Source: Eledone cirrhosa (taxonomy: Eukaryota). From it: a DNA stretch of 64,000 nt. Shown piece by piece: positions 29,286 through 43,280 of this stretch (position 1 is the first letter of the stretch; every line of letters starts with the position of its first letter). The position numbers and the translations under genes were made by a program. Location of the stretch: contig OZ024766.1 of assembly GCA_964016885.1 (NCBI GenBank), forward strand, positions 5,456,001-5,520,000. The letters run 5' to 3'. The notes beneath the pieces are model-generated. The model was given only the letters and a program-made list of their open reading frames with translations. It ran no database searches and was not told the DNA's origin.

Positions 29286-29579
29286 ACAGACAGACAAATA
29301 GATAAATAAATAGATAGATAGATAGAGCCATTTAACACCTTGGTAATAAATGTTTCTACTTTTGGCACAAGGCCAGCAATTACCCCAGTGTATTACTGGT
29401 ACTTTATTTTATCGACCCTCTAATAATTGTTTCTACTTTTGGCACAAGGCCAGCAATTACTGTACAACAACCCTCTGCCGATACTGCCAATCCACTATAT
29501 ATAATAGAGAAAGTATATAGAGGATCGACCACCAGCTCGGGCAGTTTCGGCTAGTTACCTCTTATGTATGTATGTATAT

Positions 29580-29612
<33 letters not shown>

Positions 29613-29698
29613 ATATAAGATCAAAAGATGGTTAAAAAGATGTAGATTTAACACTTCACTGGTCGCAAGTGTTTTTTAAGCTTCATATCATGTCTCCC

Positions 29699-29769
29699 TA
29701 TTTTATCTGATGAGAACGCAAATATCATCCCATGATGATATTTGTTTTTGAAATGCGCATAATAAAATA
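29699..29769 (+). ncRNA. Type I hammerhead ribozyme motif, family A
   Basis: tattttat-CTGATGA-[gaacg caaatatcatc ccat gatgatatttg ttttt]-GAAA-tgcgca-TA^-ataaaata; perfect 8-bp stem I, 11-bp stem II, palindromic stem III. Confidence 0.8.
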
Positions 29770-29961
29770 CTTGGAACTCTTTTAACCATCTTTTGATCTT
29801 ATATTATTTATACTCCAGTCCTAAACTGTTGAGTGCTACTTATCCCATATATATATATATATAGGTAAGTTATTCCGGGTTGAATCGGAGGTAACCACAG
29901 TAAGTAAGGTACTCAATACATAGCCAGATTCCTGATATGTTACCTTCTCCAATACCAAGCC

Positions 29962-30012
29962 AGATTCCTGATGATTTCTAAAGAATGAAACAGTTCTAGT
30001 CCTGTAGAATCT
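29962..30012 (+). ncRNA. Type I hammerhead ribozyme motif, family C
   Basis: agattc-CTGATGA-tttc taaa gaat-GAAA-cag ttctagtc ctg-TA^-gaatct; 6-bp stem I, 3-bp stem III, GUA triplet; truncated relative at ~18413-18449 (-). Confidence 0.72.
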
Positions 30013-30809
30013 CATCTATATTAAAACTATATATATATGGTATATAAAGGAACGATCGACTTTCGTCAAATCGGACCGAGGGAACAATGTTTCCGTTGGT
30101 CTTTCCAATTGGTAATACTATCTATCGGTCGCAACTCCAGGTAGAAGAAACAACGTGAAATAAAGTGTCTTGCTCAAGGACATAACGCATCGCCTGGTCC
30201 AGGAATCGAACTCACAACCTTACGATTGCGAATCCAATTCTCTAACCACTCAGCCACACGCTTTCATATGGTATATATATAAACTATATATATATATATA
30301 TATATGTAGGTAACACGGTAAAAACCTCCCAGCCCCACACTGTAAACGTGGTTGGTGTTAGGAAGGGCATCCAGCCGTAGAAAACCCGCCAGACAGTCCT
30401 ATACGAGAAAGACAACCACTCTTGCCTCAAGTGGGAAAACTCCTGTCCAAACCCATGCAAGCGTGGAACATGGACGTTAAACGATGATGATGATGATGAT
30501 GATATATATATATATATAAACACAGTAAATTTGTGGCATTCTCTATGCTCGTAATTTTAGACACAGAATTTACTGTGTTTATTTCTACACATATTATTAT
30601 AATATAATGCTCTGAAGAGGGTAAGACACCATGCTTTGCAGCAAAGAGTTACGGCCCTTTATGGTCCGAGTTCAAATCCCGCCGAGGTTAACTTTGCCTT
30701 TCATCCTTACGGGGTCGATAAAATAAAGTACCAGTAATGTACTGGGTAATTGCTGGCCGTATGCCAAAAGTAGAAACAATTATTTATTCTATTACACACA
30801 TATATATAT

Positions 30810-30848
<39 letters not shown>

Positions 30849-31046
30849 TAAACACACACATATATAGATGTGAACGTATATACATTTATCTATCTATAAA
30901 CACAAATATATATATACACATACATATATATATGTATGTGTATATATATATATATATATATACACATATATACACAAAAGGCGAATTATAAAAAAGCAAC
31001 AAAGACTAGAAAGAGAGAAAGTGTTAGAGAAGGATGTGGCAGAGAC

Positions 31047-31218
31047 CTTTCTTTTTCTTCGGTTTTTGTGCCTCGTGGGGCATGGGACCAATCCATACAT
31101 CATCATCATCGTCTACTTGTGCCACAGCGGCAGGCACAGGAGGCTGCACGGGCACTGATCGCTTCGTTCTGAGGCTTTCTTCTCTATCACTAGAGGTTCT
31201 CTTCCTAGAGTCCGCCAT
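31047..31218 (-). CDS. PPWD1: PPWD1 coding exon 1 (ATG at 31218; MADSRKR...WIGPMPHEAQKPKKKK)
   Basis: Acidic stretch + WIGPMP + basic cluster resembles the PPWD1 N-terminus (human WVGPLP..KKRK); GT donor at 31046-31045, phase 1 fits the next exon. Confidence 0.9.
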
Positions 31219-31766
31219 TACGTTTGAATGTTTTTCTACCTTCGTGAGAGGAGAGTTTCACTAAAGGGAAGGGAGCGATTGTTAACTTGGACTAACAGCC
31301 TAGGGGAGAAATCGTTATTACCAACTAGGTTATGGTTCTATGACATAAAACCACCCATTTAAAAGGGTTCCTATTTACATTAAAATCTTCCAACATAATT
31401 TTACATAAGAACCTTACGATAAGGTACTATCCAAGCTAGCTTAGTAATGAAATAATCAATAATTTTGGTAAAACCAGTTCTAGTTCTATGACACAAAACC
31501 TTCTCTGTTTATTAAAATCTTCCAACATAATTTTATGTAAGAACCTTACGTTAAGTTACTATCTTAGTAATGAAATAATCAATAATTTACGTAAATCCAG
31601 CTCTGATTCTTTGAAACATCAGTCACTGATGTATACAGGTCTCGCCTCTCTACACCATTGATGTTGTCCAAGAGAAAGGCAATGGCTGATAGAGTTTGGC
31701 ACCAGTGATGCCACAATATATACACTCTATACTCTCCATATATATTATATATACACTCTATATATA

Positions 31767-31815
<49 letters not shown>

Positions 31816-31977
31816 ACATATGTACACTGTAAATGTGGTTGGTGTTAGGAAGGGCATCCAGCCGTAGAAAACCCGCCAGACAGTCCTATGCGAGCAAGAC
31901 AACCACTCTTGCCTCAAGTGGGAAAACTACCGTTGGGGGGTGTATTTTTGTTAGAGGTGCCTACTGACTGTAGTAGG

Positions 31978-32140
31978 TTCCACTTTGCACTTAGGTAAGG
32001 CGGGTCTTCTGTATTACTGTGTGGCGCCAAAGATCTCGGTTCAGTGACATTGTCTTGGAGAGGTGTAAGTGTGTGAGGTCGGAATTTATCAAGTCGTCCC
32101 AGGTTTTTCTGGGTCTACCTACTCCGTGGCTACCATCTAT
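31978..32140 (-). mobile_element. RTE LINE 3' fragment
   Basis: GRPRKTWDDLINSDL...NRDLWRHTV. Confidence 0.7.
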
Positions 32141-32744
32141 TTTTATAAGTCATATATATATATATATATGTCATATATAGAAATCATATATATATAAGTC
32201 ATATATATATATAAGTCATATATATATATATATAAGTCATATATATATATATATATATAAGTCATATATATATATATATATAAGTCATATATATATATAT
32301 GTCATATATATATATATGTCATATATATATAAGTCATATATATATATAAGTCATATATATATATATATATGTCATATATATATATATATATATGTCATAT
32401 ATATATATATATATATGTCATATATATATATATATATGTCATATATATATATATATATATATAAGTCATATATATATATATATATATATATAAGTCATAT
32501 ATATATATATATATATATATAAGTCATATATATATATATATATATAAGTCATATATATATATATATATATATATGACTTATATATATATATATATGACAT
32601 ATATATATATATGACTTATATATATATAAGTCATATATATATATATATGTCATATATATATATATATATGACATATATATATATATGTCATATATATATA
32701 TATAAGTCATATATATATATATATGTCATAAATATATATATAAG

Positions 32745-32816
<72 letters not shown>

Positions 32817-33072
32817 GGATGCACGCATGCGTGCATTCATTTATAAACTGAGTTGTAAAGTGCACACATGCGGTGTTGTGTGTGTGTCTGTGTATAACTC
32901 TGATGTACTTTGGTATATGTGATTCCCATGCACCTGTGTGAGCTCTGCTGGCTGATCAATCACTCAACAGAGAGCACTCCCCACCATCACCAACACCACC
33001 ACCATTATTATGATGGTATTGGTGTGTTCACACAAAGCTATCTATCTGTCTATCTGTCTATCTGTCTATCTA

Positions 33073-34278
33073 TGTGGCGCCTCCCCTCCCCCTATTGGGG
33101 ATTTCGATTGTTGTAATTGTTTGTTTTTTTATATTTTTTTACACGACTGTAGGTAAAATCCCCGCCATCTGTCTCTTTGTATTGTCCCCTTTTCTTGTGC
33201 GCCCTTGTGGCTAATAAAGAAATATATCTGTCTGGCAAGGATGGCCCGAGTGGTTGGTCCTTCTCTCTATATAAGCCTGGAGGTTGAGGGAAAAGAGGAA
33301 GAGAGGAAGGGAGTACTCACTCTTGGTGCTCCTGGAGATGAGGGTTGTACATTTTTTCGGGGTGTGTACAACCCCTGTGTAATGCCTCCCCCCTATTGGG
33401 GATTTCAATTGTTATTTGTTATTTTATTCATAGTTTTATTTTCATATACCTGTATGTAAACTCACCATTTGTATTTGACCCCTTCTTTTGTGCCCTTGTG
33501 GCTAATAAAGAAACCACTCCGCGGTTTCCATCGACTTCTAGTGCTCTGCACCTTTTTATGCAGCTGTCATCCTTCATACGCATCAAATGTCCATACCAGC
33601 GTAACTGCCTCTCCTGCACACAGCATTTGATTCCTCTTATGCTCAGTCTCTCCCTCAATTCATTTATGCTTTGTCGTTCACGTATATTACTATTACACAT
33701 CCATCGAAGCATGCAGGCCTCGTTTCTCTCTAATCTACGTAAGTCTTCCACCTTCAGCGCCCAGGTCTCACTACCATGCAACATCGCTGTTCGGATACAC
33801 GCATCATACAGTCTGCCTTTCATTTTGAGGGAGAAGCCTTTTGCAGCTAGCAGTGGTAGTAGTTCCCTAAACTTCTTCCATCCCGTTCTTCCACTAGTTA
33901 TTGTACTTTCTGAACACCCACCTCCGCTGCTAATTCGGTCACCTAGGTAGCAGAAGCTGTCTACTGTTTCTACAGAGCCCTCCCAAATATATCTGTCTGG
34001 CAAGGATGGCCCAAGTGGTTGGGCCTTCTCTCTATATAAGCCTGTAGGTTGAGGGAAAAGAGGAAGAGAGGAAGGGAGTACTCACTCTTGGTGCTCCTGT
34101 AGATGAGGGTTGTACATTTTTTCGGGTTGTGTACAACCCCTGTGTAATGCCTCCCCCCTATTGGGGATTTCAATTGTTATTTGTTATTTTATTCATAGTT
34201 TTATTTTCATATACCTGTATGTAAATTCCCCATTTGTATTTGTACCCTTCTTTTGTGCCCTTGTGGCTAATAAAGAAA
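33073..34278 (+). mobile_element. Three 3' fragments of the same L1/Tx1-like family (33073-33222, 33225-33512, 33990-34278), the last two bracketing an RTE fragment
   Basis: Each ends gcccttgtggctaataaagaaa; cluster flanked by (TATC/TGTC)n. Confidence 0.6.
33513..33985 (-). mobile_element. RTE LINE ORF fragment (RT thumb to C-terminal region)
   Basis: VDSFCYLGD...WKKFRELLP...MLHGSETW...RQLRWYGHLMRM. Confidence 0.9.
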
Positions 34279-34282
34279 TTTA

Positions 34283-34322
<40 letters not shown>

Positions 34323-34378
34323 TTTGTCTATCTATCTATCTATCTACCCATTTATCTATGTACCTACCAAACTCTTTT

Positions 34379-34413
<35 letters not shown>

Positions 34414-34507
34414 CCAACCTAGCTCTGTGTGTGTGTATATATATCTATATATCATCATCATCATCATCATCTTCGTTTAACGTCCATTTTCCACGCTAGC
34501 ATGGGTT

Positions 34508-34850
34508 ATCATCATCATCATTTCATTTTTACGTCCACTTTTCCCTGCTTGCAAGGGTGGGACGGGAACTGATTCTGGCATGATTTCTACAGCTGGATGC
34601 CCTTCCTAACACCAACCTCATTTACAGTGAGTGCTGGGTGCTTTTTTGCCGTGGCACCTACATGTCCACTTTACAGTGGAATGATAGGGACCCCCAGTCC
34701 CTATCATCTCATTTCTACAGCTGAGTAAACTGGAGCAATGTGAAATAAAGTGTCTTGCTCAAGGAAACAACACATCACCCGGTCTGAGAATTGAACTCAC
34801 AACCTTTCGATTGCAAGGCCAATGCTCTAACCACTAAGCCATGTGCCTCC
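34508..34850 (-). mobile_element. SINE family 1, full length
   Basis: Identity to the other copies. Confidence 0.85.
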
Positions 34851-34921
34851 ATTTATATATATATATATATATAGATAAAAGAAATCAAAGAACGCCTATA
34901 TACTCAAACAATTTTTACTCT

Positions 34922-34968
34922 CGCTGACAATGTTTCATCCATACCGTGGGGCAGGAATCATCAGAGCG
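34922..34968 (-). ncRNA. Type I hammerhead ribozyme motif, family D
   Basis: Reverse complement cgct-CTGATGA-ttcc tgcc ccac ggta t ggat-GAAA-cattg-TC^-agcg; GUC triplet. Confidence 0.65.
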
Positions 34969-35170
34969 TTATAAACAAAAATATAGTGTTGAATATAAGC
35001 TCTACCAAGCTTAGTCACCAGAACAGTAGAGATACAGTACAGGATAATAAGAGGGAGATTGTGCAGGTGCATTTATGCACATATGCTCCGTTGTCTGCGT
35101 AAATTATATATATGTATCAGATAAAGATACAGAGAGGGAATGATGTGTGAGAGAGAGAGAGAGAGAGATA

Positions 35171-35206
<36 letters not shown>

Positions 35207-35226
35207 CAGAAGCCAGAAAAAGAAGA

Positions 35227-36830
35227 GTGGTGAGGGTGTTGGTGGTGATAGGGGTGGTAGTGATGGTGTCGGTAAGGGTGGTGGTGGTGGTGTCGGTAAG
35301 GGTGGTGGTGGTGATGCTGTCGGTAAGGGTGGTGGTGGTGTCGGTAAGGCTGGTGGTGATGGTGGTGGTGGTGGTGATGGTGTTGGTAAGGGTGGTGGTG
35401 GTGGTGGTGGTGGTGATGCTGTCGGTAAGGGCGGTGGTGGTGTCGGTAAGGCTGGTGGTGATGGTGGTGGTGGTGGTGATGGTGTCGGTAAGGGTGGTGG
35501 TGGTGGTGGTGGTGGTGTCGGTAAGGGTGGTGGTGGTGATGCTGTCGGTAGGGGCGGTGGTGGTGTCGGTAAGGCTGGTGGTGATGGTGGTGGTGGTGGT
35601 GATGGTGTTGGTAAGGGTGGTGGTGGTGGTGGTGTCGGTAAGGGTGGTGGTGGTGGTGGTGTCGGTAAGGGTGGTGGTGGTGGTGGTGTCGGTAAGGGTG
35701 GTGGTGGTGGTGGTGGTGTCGGTAAGGGTGGTGGTGGTGGTGGTGTCGGTAAGGGTGGTGGTGGTGGTGGTGGTGTCGGTAAGGGTGGTGGTGGTGGTGT
35801 CGGTAAGGGTGGTGGTGGTGTCGGTAAGGCTGGTGGTGATGGTGGCGGTGGTGGTGATGGTGTTGGTAAGGGTGGTGGTGGTGGTGGTGGTGGTGTCGGT
35901 AAGGGTGGTGGTGGTGATGCTGTCGGTAAGGGTGGTGGTGGTGGTGGTGGTGTCGGTAAGGGTGGTGGTGGTGGTGGTGTCGGTAAGGGTGGTGGTGGTG
36001 ATGCTGTCGGTAAGGGTGGTGGTGGTGTCGGTAAGGCTGGTGGTGATGGTGGTGGTGGTGGTGATGGTGTTGGTAAGGGTGGTGGTGGTGGTGGTGGTGG
36101 TGTCGGTAAGGGTGGTGGTGGTGATGCTGTCGGTAAGGGCGGTGGTGGTGTCGGTAAGGCTGGTGGTGATGGTGGTGGTGGTGGTGATGGTGTTGGTAAG
36201 GGTGGTGGTGGTGATGGTGTTGGTAAGGGTGGTGGTGGTGGTGGTGGTGGTGTCGGTAAGGGTGGTGGTGGTGATGGTGTTAGTAAGGGTGGTGGTGGTG
36301 GTGGTGTCGGTAAGGGTGGTGGTGGTGATGCTGTCGGTAAGGGTGGTGGTGGTGGTGGTGGTGGTGGTGGTGGTGGTGTCGGTAAGGGTGGTGGTGGTGA
36401 TGCTGTCGGTAAGGGCGGTGGTGGTGTCGGTAAGGCTGGTGGTGATGGTGGTGGTGGTGGTGATGGTGGTGGTGGTGGTGGTGGTGGTGGTGGTGGTGGT
36501 GTCGGTAAGGGTGGTGGTGGTGATGCTGTCGGTAAGGGTGGTGGTGGTGTCGGTAAGGCTGGTGGTGATGGTGGCGGTGGTGGTGATGGTGTTGGTAAGG
36601 GTCGTGGTGGTGGTGGTGGTGGTGTTGGTGTTGGTAAGGGTGGTGGTGGTGGTGGTGTCGGTAAGGGTGGTGGTGGTGGTGTCGGTAAGGGTGGTGGTGG
36701 TGGTGTCGGTAAGCATGGTGGTGGTGGTGAAGGTGAAGGTGTTGGTGTTGGTGGTGGTGGTGGTAGTGTCGGTAAGGGTGGTGGCGGCGGCGGTGGTGGT
36801 GAGGGCGAGAATGGTGGGGGTGGTGGTGGC
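35227..36830. repeat. (GGT)n-based compound repeat with gtcggtaagg punctuation
   Basis: Direct observation. Confidence 0.95.
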
Positions 36831-36962
36831 TTACGATGTATGTCAGAGGTCACCGAGAGACGTTTTTGGCAGAGTTGCTTCTCCGTGGGAAAGTGAATGT
36901 GGAAGGAACCAGTTGTAGAGGAGATTTAGAGATTTCAATGTGAATATGTGTGTGTGTGTGTG

Positions 36963-37119
<157 letters not shown>

Positions 37120-37250
37120 ATATATATATGTGTGTGTGTGTGTATGTGTATATATATATATGTGTGTGTATATATATATATGTGTGTGTGTGAGTGTATA
37201 TATATGTGTGTGTGTGTATATATATATATGTGTGTGTGTGTATATATGTG

Positions 37251-37311
<61 letters not shown>

Positions 37312-37330
37312 ATGTGTGTGTGTATATATA

Positions 37331-37363
<33 letters not shown>

Positions 37364-37824
37364 ATATATATATGTGTGTGTGTATATATATATATATGTG
37401 TGTGTGTATATGTGTATATGTGTGTGTGTATAAGTATATATATATATGTGTGTGTGTGTTTGTATATGTGTGTGTGTGTGTATATATATATGTGTGTGTG
37501 TGTATTTGTGTGTGTGTATATATATATATATGTGTGTGTGTGTATATATGTGTGTGTGTGTGTGTATAAGTATATATATATATATGTGTGTGTATATATG
37601 TGTGTGTGTGTGTGTATATATATGCGTGTGTATGTGAGTGTATATATATGTGTGTGTATATATATATATTATATATATATATATATGTGTGTGTGTGTAT
37701 ATATATATATAAGTGTGTGTGTATATATATATATATGTGTGTGTGTGTGTATATATATATATATGTGTGTGTGTGTATATATATATATATGTGTGTGTGT
37801 GAGTGTGTATATATATATATATAA

Positions 37825-37888
<64 letters not shown>

Positions 37889-38011
37889 GTGTGTGTGTGT
37901 GTGTGTATATATATATATGTGTGTATTTATATATATGTGTGTGTGTATATATAAATATATATATATATATACATGTGTGTGTGTGTGCATATATATATAT
38001 GTGTGTGTGTG

Positions 38012-38044
<33 letters not shown>

Positions 38045-38097
38045 ATATATATATTTATGTGTGTGTGTATATATAGAGAGAGAGAGCTGTGTATGAG

Positions 38098-38215
<118 letters not shown>

Positions 38216-38541
38216 TATATATATACACACACACACACATATATAAATATATATGCACACACACACATATATATACACACATATATATATACACACACAC
38301 ATATATAAAATCACTCACACACACACACACATATATATATACACACACACACACATCTCTCTCTGTTCCCCCTAAGTCCTAACAATATATGTCCTTACAC
38401 CTGTCTGTCTGTCTGTCTCTCCGCAACTGCAACCAACCATTTCACCAATAGGGGGCGCCACTGCAGCACACTTTCACAGTATGCACGTAACATGTGCAGC
38501 GAGATGCAGCCTGTAACTGATTTATTGGTATGTATACACAC

Positions 38542-38572
<31 letters not shown>

Positions 38573-38646
38573 TATATACACACACATACATACATACATA
38601 TATACATATATACATATATATATATATATATGAATATACATGTGCA

Positions 38647-38726
<80 letters not shown>

Positions 38727-38752
38727 TGCACATGTATATGCACATACACATA

Positions 38753-38806
<54 letters not shown>

Positions 38807-39050
38807 TATGAATACATTTATATTCATGTATATGTATGCATATATATAAATACATATACATACATATATACATATATATACATATATATATACATATATA
38901 TACATATATATATATTCATATATATATATTTATATATATATTCATATATATATATATTCATATATATATATTCATATATATATATATTTATATATATATA
39001 TATATTCATATATATATATATTCATATATATATATTCATATATATATATA

Positions 39051-39136
<86 letters not shown>

Positions 39137-39144
39137 TATGTATA

Positions 39145-39233
<89 letters not shown>

Positions 39234-39271
39234 TCACATATATATATATACACACATTTATGTATACATAA

Positions 39272-39326
<55 letters not shown>

Positions 39327-39435
39327 GATATATGTATATACACAGACATATATATATGTATATATATATCGAGACAGAGAGATAGTTATATACATAAACC
39401 TTGGTGATCTTTTATTTGTTATGTATATATGTATA

Positions 39436-39495
<60 letters not shown>

Positions 39496-39665
39496 TATAT
39501 TATTGAAATATTTAGATCCCGTTAAGCGAATCTTTGCTTAAACTTTAATCTGTTATTTTAATAAATATTTGCTGTAGGGTTCTTATATTTGATATATATT
39601 TATCCTTATCGAGCCCCCTTTCGATTTTAGTCTTCACATTTATTATTATTACTCTCTCTCTCTCT

Positions 39666-39723
<58 letters not shown>

Positions 39724-39819
39724 GAGAGTCCACCATATTGTGTCTAGCTTTCTCAATTGCAGCGAAAGTTTGCTGAACATCGGTGTGTCAAAATGTCAGA
39801 ACACTAGCGGGAAATTAGG

Positions 39820-39917
<98 letters not shown>

Positions 39918-39924
39918 AATATAT

Positions 39925-40011
<87 letters not shown>

Positions 40012-40018
40012 AATATAT

Positions 40019-40248
<230 letters not shown>

Positions 40249-40317
40249 GTATATATATATGTATGCATATATAGTACTTTTCCTCTTGTTATTTAGAATC
40301 ATTGGATAGATGCATAC

Positions 40318-40389
<72 letters not shown>

Positions 40390-40650
40390 GTGTGTGTGCG
40401 TGTGTATTTATGTATATAATTTATACAATAAGAAATCCAAGTTTTCTATTCAAGTTCCATATTTTAAATTTCTACAACTGTTTCCATGGATTAATATATA
40501 TATGTATGCGTATTTGTATGCATATATGAAATAGTCTGTATGTATTTATGTATATATGTATGTGTATGAAATAAGCTATGTTAGAGACACTTTATATATA
40601 TATATACATAAATATATATATATGCACACACACATATATATATATACATA

Positions 40651-40693
<43 letters not shown>

Positions 40694-40763
40694 TCTGATG
40701 ATTTCAACCAAGGAACAATCCTGGTTCTGTAGGAGTCATTCTCATCTGAAATAAATATAATAT

Positions 40764-40813
<50 letters not shown>

Positions 40814-40992
40814 ATATTAAATAAATGGAAACTATATTTATAAAACCATATTTATTCTATTATATATATTTCAAGGGTACCTTGAATATTTAATATCATT
40901 GAATATTATATTCCAGAAAACTGTCGAGTGCTCTAAATCAGTTATAATCATTTATATTTGTTGAATTACCAACAAATTAAATATCCCCTCTG

Positions 40993-41060
<68 letters not shown>

Positions 41061-41351
41061 TATATATAGCTTTCACCGTATTTTTGACTAAAGGAATTTT
41101 AGCCTGATAATGGGGTTTAGAACCCTCAGATAAATGGAAAAAGATGAGCATTGACGTACATGGGAAGAGGTGCCAGGAGTTCTCTGTACGTCAATACTCA
41201 TCTTTTTCCATTTATCTGAGGGTTCTAAACCCCATTATCAGGCTAAAATTCCTTTAGTCAAAAATACAGTGAAAGCTATTCTATTTTCTAATTTCAAACC
41301 TGCTCACTGTTTCAAAACATACTTACTTACAGATATATATATATATTTCAC

Positions 41352-41572
41352 AAGGCGTGTGGCTGAGTGGTTAGAGAATTGGATTCACAATCGTAAGGTT
41401 GTGAGTTCGATTCCTGGACCAGGCGATGCGTTATGTCCTTAAGCAAGACACTTTATTTCACGTTGCTCCTTCTACCTGGAGTTGCGACCGATAGATAGTA
41501 TTAGCAATTGGAAAGACCAACGGAAACATTGTTCCCTCGGTCCGATTTGACGAAAGTCGATCGTTCCTTTAT
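41352..41572 (+). mobile_element. tRNA-derived CORE-type SINE family 2 (different tail); second copy at ~30045-30263 (-)
   Basis: TGGCTGAGTGG A box, GAGTTCGATTCC B box, CORE-like segment; two near-identical copies. Confidence 0.75.
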
Positions 41573-41581
41573 ATATATTTA

Positions 41582-41627
<46 letters not shown>

Positions 41628-41639
41628 CGTGTGTGTGTT

Positions 41640-41674
<35 letters not shown>

Positions 41675-41888
41675 CAGCAATGTGTTTGTTTAGCAAGGTT
41701 TTTAAGATCATGCATTGAAACATATATTGTTATAATTGGGGAGAAGGGTTATGTTGTCCTAATATTGCCAAAAATAGTAAAACACACTCACTGTTTGGTT
41801 TGATTTTCGCTTCAGTATATTTTCGTATATTTATAAATAATTTATCTGTCAATCAACTTTTATCATTGATCGACCAACACTTAAAACT

Positions 41889-41925
<37 letters not shown>

Positions 41926-42358
41926 GGGTAACAAATAATAGTTAAATGCAGTCCACTTAGGTAAAGTCCAGTTATGGTATTCCAGGTAGTGGATGATATT
42001 AACGCTTGGCTTGGTTTGACTCAACAAGGCGTTTTCATAGTGATGCTGCGGGTATGCCGTAATTCCTATGTTGTAAACACTTGGAGTAATAGTAAATCAG
42101 GAAAGAAGGTTGACATGGTTTGCTATACAAAAAAGGTTTTTAATCTCATAGCTGACATTTGTTTCTCTGAACTGGTAGGTCTAGAGATCGCTATCGCATG
42201 CTCCGAAGATCTGACTGGTTATAACTTTGTATTGATGATCGAGTAACGTGAAAATAAGTGAATAGCGATCTCTAGACCTACCAGTTCAGAGAAACAAATG
42301 TCAGCTATGAGATTAAAAACCTTTTTTGTATAGCAAACCATGCCAACCTTCTTTCCTG

Positions 42359-42412
<54 letters not shown>

Positions 42413-42612
42413 GGGGGTAACAAATTATTGTGATAGGTAGTCCACTTAAGTGTAATCCAGTTATGGTACTCCGGGTAGTGGATGACATCAACGGTTGGCT
42501 AAGTTTGACTCAACAAGGTGTTTATATATATATATATCCGGGAGCTTCCAACAGAAATGGTCGCATTCTTTAAGGGTATGTCAATATTTATTTATAAAAC
42601 TGATCTATATTA

Positions 42613-42677
42613 TATTTTATCTGATGAAAGCACACCATAATTTAACTTGGTGTCCTTGAAATATGTATAATGAAATA
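42613..42677 (+). ncRNA. Type I hammerhead ribozyme motif, family B
   Basis: As 11289 but with a better stem II (aag/ctt, acacca/tggtgt). Confidence 0.72.
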
Positions 42678-42806
42678 AATATGGTTTTATAAATATAGTT
42701 TTCATTTGATAATATATTGTATTTTTACTCCAATAATTTGTTGAGTGCTTTATATCAGTTATAAAAATATTTGCTTGTTGTATCCCAACAATTTAAATAG
42801 AACTTC

Positions 42807-42842
<36 letters not shown>

Positions 42843-42880
42843 ATATTAACAAATGGAAACTATATTTATAAAACCATATA

Positions 42881-42946
42881 TATTTCATTATACATATTTC
42901 AAGGGCCACCAAGGCAGATTATGGTGCGCTTTCATCAGATAAAATA
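42881..42946 (-). ncRNA. Type I hammerhead ribozyme motif, family B (inverted copy)
   Basis: Reverse complement tattttat-CTGATGA-aagcgcacca..tggtggccctt-GAAA-tatgta-TA^-atgaaata. Confidence 0.7.
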
Positions 42947-43280
42947 TAATACAGATTATTAGTTTTATAAATAAATATTGACATACCCCGAAAAAATGCA
43001 ACCTTCACGGTTGGATTCTTTTGTCACACATATCTGTGACATCTTCAGTTATTACCATGTTTCCATGTTTCCTCCTGTTGTGTTCCTTTGTATCTAAAGT
43101 CTGTCTCGAGCTTGGGGTCTAATCAAGCCAGTGCTTATCCCCAGTTTCTGTGGCGTGAAGCTACTGAGAGTACAATATTCCCCCTGGATAGGACGCCAGT
43201 CTATCGCAGGGTTAACTCCCCAGCTATTGCTGCTGGTACTCATTTTTAGTTGAGTATACTGGAGCAACGTGAAATGAAGT

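Noticed and set aside
35073-36918. Mucin-like polyT, extensin-like polyP and polyV ORFs of over 540 aa
   Set aside because: Several frames on both strands are open because of the (GGT)n repeat; no signal peptide or convincing splice context. A hidden exon cannot be fully excluded without RNA data
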